Of a DNA stretch of 64,000 nucleotides, positions 37,943-45,551 are shown piece by piece. The notes beneath the pieces are model-generated. The model had not been told where the DNA came from. It searched no databases and saw only the letters and a list, made by a program, of their open reading frames with translations. The stretch is from a virus. The DNA is taken from positions 62,922 to 126,921 of IMG/VR virus record IMGVR_UViG_3300045051_000978; one strand, 5' to 3'. Within the stretch, counting starts at the first letter, position 1, and each line of letters begins with the position of its first letter. Position numbers and translations under genes: made by a program.

Positions 37943-38731
37943 CTAACTAGGCTCATTGCCGAAGGTGGTCGTCCAGTCGATCCAGTTGAAGCTTACCTCG
38001 ACGGACACGTCGCCAAGCGTAGCCTCCACGCTCTCCAGGTCCAGCGTGTTGTAGATCGTATTGACCTCCTCGACGCGCATGTTGCTGAACTTGAAGCCAG
38101 CCCGGCGCAGCGCTCCTCGAAGCGTGTTGGTCGCGAACAGCGCGAACTTCCTGACGCTCTCCTTCGTCAGCTCTGGAGCAGGAATCGCACGGGCTCCCGC
38201 CTCGTTCCACATAGCCCTGTGTTCCTGATCGAAGAAGGTTCCAATCACGGTGAAGGTTTCATCCTTCGCCTCACCGTGCACCTCGACGCTCATCCAACCG
38301 CGGTCGTAGAGGTCGTCCTCGATGCCAGCCTTGAGCCGCTTCTTCGGCGCATCCCAGTCCAGCTCGCCGAGCGTCGCCTCCAGGTCAGGGTCCAGCTCGT
38401 CCTCCAGGAGAGTGCTGACCACACACGCGGCGCTCTCGACAACGTCCTCAGCCGACAGCTCTCGGTTCGGCTCAAACCCGTCCATGGCGTCACCCTTTCC
38501 GTAATCAGCGCGTACCTGACCAGCGCTTGTTGCGATTTCGTGTGCCTGCTCCCTGTCTACAAACTCACCACGATCCGTAACGAACCCATCCACCCACGGA
38601 CTATGGGCAATGAACGCCTCGTACGAACCGGACTCGTCGCGAAGCCGGTCGTAGATGTGCGCATGACTGGGACCGGTCAAAACCCGCCCATCCTTCAAAC
38701 GCACAGCCGCAGCTTTTATGCGCGTCGTCAC
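37943..38731 (-). CDS. Two-module protein with an internal VVxxLLE tag
   Basis: N-module AAAVR...DGFVTDRGEFVDREQAHEIA..AGQ; linker VESAACVVSTLLEDELD; GTGA-coupled start. Confidence 0.65.
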   Translation of the reverse strand: MTTRIKAAAVRLKDGRVLTGPSHAHIYDRLRDESGSYEAFIAHSPWVDGFVTDRGEFVDREQAHEIATSAGQVRADYGKGDAMDGFEPNRELSAEDVVESAACVVSTLLEDELDPDLEATLGELDWDAPKKRLKAGIEDDLYDRGWMSVEVHGEAKDETFTVIGTFFDQEHRAMWNEAGARAIPAPELTKESVRKFALFATNTLRGALRRAGFKFSNMRVEEVNTIYNTLDLESVEATLGDVSVEVSFNWIDWTTTFGNEPS

Positions 38732-39036
38732 AGGTAACACTCCGGATGGTAGATGGGATCAGGGCTCCCTGGTTTGAGCGGCGCGTCAGGCTCATGCACC
38801 GACAGCGCGCCGCAGATGTTGCAGACGACCGTGTCCGAGAGCGTGCCGAGCTGAACCTCCTCATGCCTGGAGCCCTCGCGTCGGCTTGCGGCTTCGGCGT
38901 AAATCTCGTCCGGGTCCGTCGTGCCGTACGCCGCGTAGATCATCTGCACAGCTGTCTCGGGCATGGCGTTGACTTCGTCGGTCAGATCGTCGCCGTCCGC
39001 TTCGAGCAACTTGTTTACGATTCGATCAGCGTTCAT
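38728..39036 (-). CDS. IVxxLLE-tag family protein
   Basis: MNADRIVNKLLEADGDDLTDEVNAM. Confidence 0.7.
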   Translation of the reverse strand: MNADRIVNKLLEADGDDLTDEVNAMPETAVQMIYAAYGTTDPDEIYAEAASRREGSRHEEVQLGTLSDTVVCNICGALSVHEPDAPLKPGSPDPIYHPECYL

Positions 39037-39668
39037 GGCAGTACGCTTCCCTGGGCCACGCGAGCGAGCTGCGCTTCCTTGGTAGCCTGATGCACGCAAA
39101 ACTGCGACAGCAGCTCGTCGTTCGGAAATCCCTGCTCGATGAGGGAGAGCGGATCGTCAGCGATCATCGCGCATTGCCGAAAATACTCGGCCCGCGCTTC
39201 GTACCATTCTGCGTACGAATACTTCGCCTTGGCCTGCTCGTACTCCGGAGTTCCCCACGAATACGAACCTTCCGCGTGCACTTTGCTGCCTGTGTAGTCA
39301 CCAACCATCACGTCGATGACGATGATCGGCGCGCCATCGTCTGGACCTGGGTAGAGCGTGATGCCTGGAAAAATCCGCCTCAGGGTGAATTCACCGTACC
39401 GACCTGGGACAGGCCAAAGCGGATAGTCCTTCTGCTGCTTGCGCGGCGGCGTGTAGTCGGTCTCAGCCTCGCACTTGTGGATGCTGAGGATGAAGTCCGC
39501 AGGAGCAAAGTGAATGATGTCCCGCAGCTCAGCAGGCCATGCCGCCCGCGCCTCCTCAACGGAAGCAGCGACCGCCGCGTCGGCTGCGTCAATTTCGTCC
39601 ACAAGATCAGCCTCGTCGTCGTCGAGACCGTCTTCCAGCAACCTGTTTACGATACGCGCCGCGTTCAT
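39033..39668 (-). CDS. IVxxLLE-tag family protein
   Basis: MNAARIVNRLLEDGLDDDEADLVDEIDAA. Confidence 0.7.
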   Translation of the reverse strand: MNAARIVNRLLEDGLDDDEADLVDEIDAADAAVAASVEEARAAWPAELRDIIHFAPADFILSIHKCEAETDYTPPRKQQKDYPLWPVPGRYGEFTLRRIFPGITLYPGPDDGAPIIVIDVMVGDYTGSKVHAEGSYSWGTPEYEQAKAKYSYAEWYEARAEYFRQCAMIADDPLSLIEQGFPNDELLSQFCVHQATKEAQLARVAQGSVLP

Positions 39669-40846
39669 GACTGCGTTCGGACGTAGGGTGCTTTGCCGGT
39701 GGCAGCAAACGCCGCCCTGACCTGCTGCCTGTACGTCGCGTCAGGAGGCACGTAGGTTCCGCCCTCGGTCGTGTACCCGAAGTCGGAGATGGAGTGGATG
39801 TCGCCGTCGATCTTGCGTCCTGGGTACGCTCGCTGAAACTCCTCTATGTCCAGCCGGCTCGGCGTCTCCGGCGGCTCTTCGTCCTCCCAGTCCTCAGTGT
39901 CCGCGTAGGGCATGTACTCGATGCAGCGACCGCTGGCGTCGAACACGTGCTCTCCCCAGTCGGAGACAACCTTGATTCGCAAAACCTCCGCCGGCTTGAG
40001 CTGATCGATCTCATCGCGCAGATCGTCTTCGCTCTCGTCGATGTAGTCGTCCTTCAGCGCTGGCCATACCGGATCAAAGATCAGCCCGAAACTGTTGCCC
40101 AGCGAGCGCGCCTCGAACTTCCGGATATGCGGATACAGCTCATTGAACGTCGCGTATACGGTTTTTTGCGCTTTGTCGGCACGCTCGATGTACGGTTCGT
40201 CGCCGTCTGGAACACTCCAGTACACAGCAAACATGTCCTTGTGACTGCCATCGGGCATCGCCATGGCCACGGCATGGCAGAGCGTGCCAGGCAAGCCGCG
40301 CTGACGGAGGCCGCGCACCAGGTCCTCAGGGTCGAAATACTCCGGAAGCTGATCGACCTCGTCCTCAATGTCCTCGATCAGTTTCCGCACAACCCGGTGC
40401 GCTGCGCTCTCGGGCACAGCCTTCCACTCGGTCCGGTCAATGCCCCACTCCTCGACATACTTGGCCATGTCCCGATCCGCCAACGCGGTCTGGAACGCGG
40501 TCTTCCAGCTTTTGGTGTGGCCTTCCTCGGTCTCCCGGTACTTGCGGCGCGCCGTTCGCAGCCAGGTCCGCCAGGCGCGCTCAGCGTGCTTCTTGGCCTC
40601 AGGAAGCTTGGCGCGCTTCAGCTCACCGTCGCGGATCGCACTCAGGCCACGGGGATACTTGATGGATGCCCAGACGCGCTTGATCTCCTCGTCGCCGGGG
40701 AAGACCACCGCCATCGCCGTCAACGAATCCTCCCAGTCGTTGGCTCCGACATACAGCGACCAGCCTGCGCCCTTCTCGACGGAGTCGAAATTCTCCGGCT
40801 GCCGGAAACGCTCCGAGGACTTCTGCGCTTTCTCGTGGAGGTTCAT
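39665..40846 (-). CDS. Three-module protein with two internal tags
   Basis: PESAAHRVVRKLIEDIEDEVDQL and IDESEDDLRDEIDQL. Confidence 0.7.
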   Translation of the reverse strand: MNLHEKAQKSSERFRQPENFDSVEKGAGWSLYVGANDWEDSLTAMAVVFPGDEEIKRVWASIKYPRGLSAIRDGELKRAKLPEAKKHAERAWRTWLRTARRKYRETEEGHTKSWKTAFQTALADRDMAKYVEEWGIDRTEWKAVPESAAHRVVRKLIEDIEDEVDQLPEYFDPEDLVRGLRQRGLPGTLCHAVAMAMPDGSHKDMFAVYWSVPDGDEPYIERADKAQKTVYATFNELYPHIRKFEARSLGNSFGLIFDPVWPALKDDYIDESEDDLRDEIDQLKPAEVLRIKVVSDWGEHVFDASGRCIEYMPYADTEDWEDEEPPETPSRLDIEEFQRAYPGRKIDGDIHSISDFGYTTEGGTYVPPDATYRQQVRAAFAATGKAPYVRTQS

Positions 40847-40848
40847 GG

Positions 40849-41313
40849 TCAGAGCTGTCCGTCAGCGTAAAGCCGGTCCTGAACTCGATTCATCGCCTCC
40901 CTGTCGAGCTTGCCGTACTCCGGGTACGCCGCAGCCCTGATTTCGCGCAGGTGCATGTCGCGCCGCCAGTCCTCTTCGGGCGCGCCGTACTCCCCGTTGG
41001 CCATCCAGAAGCCCCAGTCCAGGATGTCGTGATGACCGTCGAGCGGGAACGTCGGATACGTCCTCCTGAACTCCTCGATGTCGAGACGCACCGGAGCGTA
41101 CTCCGGGTTCATGTCGTCCTCACCCGGGCCGTAGGTGAGGTTGTCCTCTACCACGTTGCCGTAGCCGTCGAAGGTGATCTCGCCGTGGCTGGAGCCGAGC
41201 GTAATCGTGATGGTGGCCGGATCGTACGGTACATGCTCGATCTGCTCGATCTCGTCGTTGAAATCGGCGTCGTCCTCGATCAGACGGTTTACGATTTGAT
41301 CAGGCGTTTTCAT
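40849..41313 (-). CDS. IVxxLLE-tag family protein
   Basis: MKTPDQIVNRLIEDDADFNDEIEQI. Confidence 0.7.
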   Translation of the reverse strand: MKTPDQIVNRLIEDDADFNDEIEQIEHVPYDPATITITLGSSHGEITFDGYGNVVEDNLTYGPGEDDMNPEYAPVRLDIEEFRRTYPTFPLDGHHDILDWGFWMANGEYGAPEEDWRRDMHLREIRAAAYPEYGKLDREAMNRVQDRLYADGQL

Positions 41314-41839
41314 CGTCCTCGTTTTCCGCGTTGAGCGGCGTGATGGTGAAGCCTTCCCAGTAGCCACTGCCGAAAACGCTCTCGAAACCGTACATGCGGT
41401 ACAGGTCGTAGATTTTGTGCGGGAGCGGAAGGGCGTGCCACTCAAACTCAGCCATACCGTTCATCTGGGCAACTTCGCCGAAATCAGCCCAGTCGTACTC
41501 CGTCTCAAGGTTCAGGTTTTTGGCAATGTCAGCCCGGTCAAAACGTTTACGGCTTTCATCTCCAAGCGTGTCGCTGATGTTGTAGATGAAGATGTACTCG
41601 TCGCCAACGTCAGCCCAGGCGATGCCGTACTCAAACAAACTCTCTTCCAGGCTCGCATCCGGACCCTCAAAATTCAGGTAATCCAGATACTCCAGATGCT
41701 TGAGGTTGTCCGTGTGGTGGAGGTTGTCCGGCACCGGCAGGAACGCCGGAATTGCTTCGATGTCCGAACGGAGATCGTCGTCTCCGAGATCGTCGTCCTC
41801 CAGGAGACGGTTGACCGCGGTCTGTGCCAACGTCTTCAT
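41300..41839 (-). CDS. IVxxLLE-tag family protein
   Basis: MKTLAQTAVNRLLEDDDLGDDDLRSDIEAI. Confidence 0.7.
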   Translation of the reverse strand: MKTLAQTAVNRLLEDDDLGDDDLRSDIEAIPAFLPVPDNLHHTDNLKHLEYLDYLNFEGPDASLEESLFEYGIAWADVGDEYIFIYNISDTLGDESRKRFDRADIAKNLNLETEYDWADFGEVAQMNGMAEFEWHALPLPHKIYDLYRMYGFESVFGSGYWEGFTITPLNAENEDDENA

Positions 41840-42171
41840 CGGATCACCTCCACCTTCCAGCCGGCGTCGCTCCACTTCTTCATCTCCTGCTCGATCCAGC
41901 GCTGCGCCTCGTCCGAATCCCGCACAGGCTGGTGCGCAGCCTTGATGACGCGCAGCTTGCCGGTGTAGTCGTCGAGCCACCACTTCGACATCCGGTACTC
42001 GAAACGCGTCTTACTCCCAGGCGCAGGTTCCAAACGCCACTCCACGCGCTCCGGATCGTTCCTGGCGACGAAGCCCGCCGGGTAGTCGTACTCGCTGGGC
42101 TGATCGAGCGGATCGTCGATGTCGTAGGCCGACATCTCCAGCAAACGATTGACGATGCGCTGCGCGTTCAT
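41836..42171 (-). CDS. IVxxLLE-tag family protein
   Basis: MNAQRIVNRLLEMS. Confidence 0.7.
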   Translation of the reverse strand: MNAQRIVNRLLEMSAYDIDDPLDQPSEYDYPAGFVARNDPERVEWRLEPAPGSKTRFEYRMSKWWLDDYTGKLRVIKAAHQPVRDSDEAQRWIEQEMKKWSDAGWKVEVIR

Positions 42172-42572
42172 TTGACCACCCACCCTCCAAAGAAGCCGTC
42201 GTGCCTGACGTAAACGTCCCGCCACTCATCGGCGTATTCGCCGGTTTCAATGTGCGTCAACGAGTCAAAGTCCACACAGCCCTCGTCCCAAACGTAGCCG
42301 ACAACGCTGCAATCGCGCCGCACCTTGACCGGCACGTCGTGGTCAGGGTCAATGTCCGGGCACTCGTACCTGGCCAGGAAAAAGTCCTTCTCCGAGCAGC
42401 GCTCAGGATTCTGAAGCTCAGTGGGCGTAAACGGCCAGCGGGCCACGCCACGCGTCACCTCCGCGTGCGCGGTCTCCAGCTCGTCGCGGATGTCGTCGTC
42501 CTCCGACAAAACGCCACGAACCCCGCCGGATTGCTCCAGCAGGGTTCGTACGATGCGCTCGGGCGTCTGCAC
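42168..42572 (-). CDS. IVxxLLE-tag family protein, first gene of the cluster
   Basis: MQTPERIVRTLLEQS...LSEDDDIRDELE; TATTTAG 3 nt before the GTG. Confidence 0.7.
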   Translation of the reverse strand: MQTPERIVRTLLEQSGGVRGVLSEDDDIRDELETAHAEVTRGVARWPFTPTELQNPERCSEKDFFLARYECPDIDPDHDVPVKVRRDCSVVGYVWDEGCVDFDSLTHIETGEYADEWRDVYVRHDGFFGGWVVK

Positions 42573-42599
42573 GACCTAAATAGCTGGTCAGCTGAAAGG

Positions 42600-43094
42600 T
42601 CAGCCCGTGCAGGGCGGGCACACAACCGCCTGGAAGGTCTCCTCGTGTTGGGACGGCACGTCGCCTGCCGCGTTCACCTCGACGACCCAGCCAGCCCTAC
42701 GCCACGCTGCCGCTTCAATTTCGATCCTGAAGCCCTCCGACGGACCGTAGACAAGCGGCTTGCCGGCCACGATCTCGTTCATCAGTTTGTGCGCGTCCGT
42801 CAACGACACGCCAGGGCTGCGCTCGCGCAGACAGCGCATGGCCCTGATCTTCGCGTAGTCACCCGACTGAATACCCACGACCCGCATTTCCTTGTGCACG
42901 ACCGCACCGGGCGGAGGGCCTTCCGCGAGGCGCTTCGGATTGGCGTTGAAGATGGACAGGCCCAGAGCGAACAGCTCCTCACTGTAGACCGAGGCAGCCC
43001 ACTCCGTGACCGTATTCAGGTCCTCTCCCTTCACGCGCCGGATGCACTCCAGAAGCTCACGCAGCGCGGCCTGTTGCTCGATGGTGGCGCTCAC
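42600..43094 (-). CDS. Protein with a ribosomal L7/L12 C-terminal-like segment
   Basis: AKIRAMRCLRERSPGVSLTDAHKLM...WRRAGWVVEV. Confidence 0.4.
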   Translation of the reverse strand: MSATIEQQAALRELLECIRRVKGEDLNTVTEWAASVYSEELFALGLSIFNANPKRLAEGPPPGAVVHKEMRVVGIQSGDYAKIRAMRCLRERSPGVSLTDAHKLMNEIVAGKPLVYGPSEGFRIEIEAAAWRRAGWVVEVNAAGDVPSQHEETFQAVVCPPCTG

Positions 43095-44399
43095 TGATTG
43101 GCTTTCTGGTAGCGCAACCCTTCACGCCGGCCGCTGATGTACGACTGCACGACGAGTGCTCGCTCCTCGATGCGGCGGTGCCACGCCCGAACCTTGACGA
43201 GGCGGCGAAGGTCCATCTCACACTCGTTCAGCTCAGCTTCGGTCTTGGCCGTCTTGGCGCGCTCCAGGACAGCGTCGAACTGCCGGTAGAGGTCCTGGGT
43301 GTCCATCGCCAGCCAGTACATGCCGTAGACGAGCAGGCCACCGATGACGATTCCGATGAAGATCAGGAGATAGGGCATAGGGGTCGGAAGTGTGGTTCAG
43401 ATGTTGTCCTCGTCGAGCAGGAAACTGACGGCGTAGCACTTCCACATTCCGCTCACCTTGGTCTCGACGAACGCGTGCCTGTTGACGAAATGCTTGCAGA
43501 AGACGCAGAAGGCGTCGGCGTCCTCCTGCCTGGGCATCTTGACCGACACGTACGCGCCACGCGCCGTGATCTCACCGGTAACCGGCAGCGATGCGCGGAG
43601 ACCGAAGGAGGTGCAGATGTTCTCCAAGCGCTCCATCAGGATGCGCGCCGCCACGGTGACAGGGTCAGTGTCCGAAATGGGCGTGAGAGCGTCATCGACC
43701 TGCTTGAGAGCTTTGGGATCGTTGGCGAGCAGCCAAAGCCGAATAGCCGGCGTCTGCGCGATGACGTTGAGGGCGTTAAAAGCATCGGTGATCTTCATGG
43801 TGGTATCAGGTGGTGGTGACGCGGCCGGTGAAAACGTTGACGACACGAGCGCCAGGACCGAAGGCGGCGCGCATCTCACACAGCTCCTCCGAGGTCGGCT
43901 CCTTCTGGTTGGCACGGTACTCGGCGAGGAAGGCGTCCAGCTCCTGGTCGCGTACGGCTTCCATTCGGGCCAGCTCAGGACCGGTGATGCCCATCTCCTT
44001 CAAGCAGTCGGTCGGCGGGACCTGATCGTTGCTATTCCAGCGGCGGATGCCCTGGGCATCGAGGTGGCTGTCGGCGAGGAAGCGTGCGTTCATGACCGGG
44101 GCTCAGATGAAGTTGAGGCCGCGGAACTCCATGGCGAACTTGAGGCCGGGAATCTGCTTGGCGCGCTCGTCACCGACAGCCTGGGCGATCAGGCGGGCCA
44201 GGGCCACGAAGGTGGTGATGACCTGACCGTGCTTCTCGCGAGCGAGCTTGTGCTCGTACCAGCCGGGCTTCTTGGTGTCGGCCGGACCCATGGCCTTGTA
44301 GTGCTCAACCGCGTCCTTGGCGCGATCCCAGGCGAGATCGAAGTCGAGGCCGAGGGGGCTGCTCTTGCGGAGGTCAACTTTCAGTGCGCCGTTCGTCAT
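43091..44399 (-). other. Small early-type hypothetical ORFs (43091-43378, 43397-43798, 43806-44093, 44103-44399)
   Basis: Downstream of the GTATAC-class promoter at 44406-44433. Confidence 0.55.
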
Positions 44400-44405
44400 G
44401 GCGCT

Positions 44406-44433
44406 ACTGTATACGGAATGACGCTGCCGTCAA
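44406..44433 (-). promoter_or_regulatory. Sigma70-like promoter, GTATAC class
   Basis: TTGACG-N16-TACAGT, 6 nt before the ATG at 44399. Confidence 0.65.
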
Positions 44434-44443
44434 CCTCAAATAC

Positions 44444-44926
44444 TCAACCGCTCGCTTTTTCTGGCAGGAGGCCGCGCATACCCGACGCCTTCAGCCGCTC
44501 GTAGAAGGTCGTCCTGGTCGCCGAATTGTAGACGTACGGCAGGAACACGGCCAGGAAGTCCGCCTGCTTCAGCGCGATCAGGCTGAGCTGCACCTCGACC
44601 CAGTCCTGCATGAGCTTCCAGGCCGTGCGCTCAGCCTGAGGCAGGAAGTCCTCCGCGGTGTACTCGCGCCGCACGCGCCGCTGCCGGGCGCAGAAGTCGT
44701 CATGCAGCCGACTGGCCAGCGCACGCGCATTCACCGGCAGATGGACAGTGACCGAGCTACCGCCCACATCGATGTCGAACTTCAACGCAGCCACGTCGGC
44801 CGCTGGACCGTACTCCTTCACGACGGAGGCAGCGCCAGCCTTAGCCAGGGCCTGCTCGATGCGCGCAATGGTGCGCTCCACAGGCACGGCGCTCGTGTAA
44901 TTCTTGATCTTGAACGTTGGCTTCAT
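44444..44926 (-). CDS. Phage hypothetical protein
   Basis: KNYTSAVPVERTIARIEQAL...QAERTAWKLMQDWV...VFLPY. Confidence 0.65.
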   Translation of the reverse strand: MKPTFKIKNYTSAVPVERTIARIEQALAKAGAASVVKEYGPAADVAALKFDIDVGGSSVTVHLPVNARALASRLHDDFCARQRRVRREYTAEDFLPQAERTAWKLMQDWVEVQLSLIALKQADFLAVFLPYVYNSATRTTFYERLKASGMRGLLPEKASG

Positions 44927-45116
44927 ACCTGTCCTGTTTCAACGAACTGCCAGTCACGGTAAAAGGTCTCCTTCAGCACCCAACCGCGCCAAAGCATGCC
45001 TTTGATCAGCAGTCGGTCCTTCTTTTCCACCATGATCCGTGCAGTGGAATTGTACGCCTTGCGTTGAACCAATCGGCCTACAAACGTTGTTTGTTTTGGG
45101 CTGGAACTTTTCACGG

Positions 45117-45124
45117 CTAGTTAG
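45117..45124. promoter_or_regulatory. Bidirectional CTANNTAG element
   Basis: CTAGTTAG reads TAGTTAG-N4-GTG(45129) on plus and TAACTAG-N2-GTG(45114) on minus. Confidence 0.5.
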
Positions 45125-45128
45125 CTGC

Positions 45129-45551
45129 GTGAAGCGCAGCCGCAACATTCAAGACCCGGCAAGAGTCGTCGCGGAGTGCCTGCTCGAAACGGCGGACACC
45201 TCGTCGAACTTCTGGCTGGGCAAGGGCAAGCTGCATCACGCCATCTATGGGCACGAGCAGTGGGTCGTAGACAATTTTCCAGACCTGGCCCTGGAACACT
45301 CTGGCGGCGACGAAGAACGCGAGGAGCAGCGCTACGAGAACTACGCGATTGCCGAGAAGGCCGGTTACGTCCGTGCGACACGCATCCGAGACACCCTGTA
45401 CATCGACACGACGACGTACGAGCGGACCTGGACAGACCTTCCGCGGAAGGATCGCAAAGCTGTCGAGGACTACGCATTTGCCGGCAACCTCGCCGTGGTG
45501 TTCGATGGCATCACTGTGCTTGAACGCCCACATGATCCGTCAGCTTCCTGA
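45129..45551 (+). CDS. IVxxLLE-tag family protein
   Basis: MKRSRNIQDPARVVAECLLETA; lone plus-strand gene in a minus-strand block. Confidence 0.6.
   Translation: MKRSRNIQDPARVVAECLLETADTSSNFWLGKGKLHHAIYGHEQWVVDNFPDLALEHSGGDEEREEQRYENYAIAEKAGYVRATRIRDTLYIDTTTYERTWTDLPRKDRKAVEDYAFAGNLAVVFDGITVLERPHDPSAS

Noticed and set aside
36708-42572. Repeated ATCGTAAAC..CTG.TGGA words as a DNA repeat or integron-like cassette array
   Set aside because: Similarity is confined to the codons of the IVNRLLE peptide and varies synonymously. The genes overlap or nearly abut, leaving no attC-like spacers.
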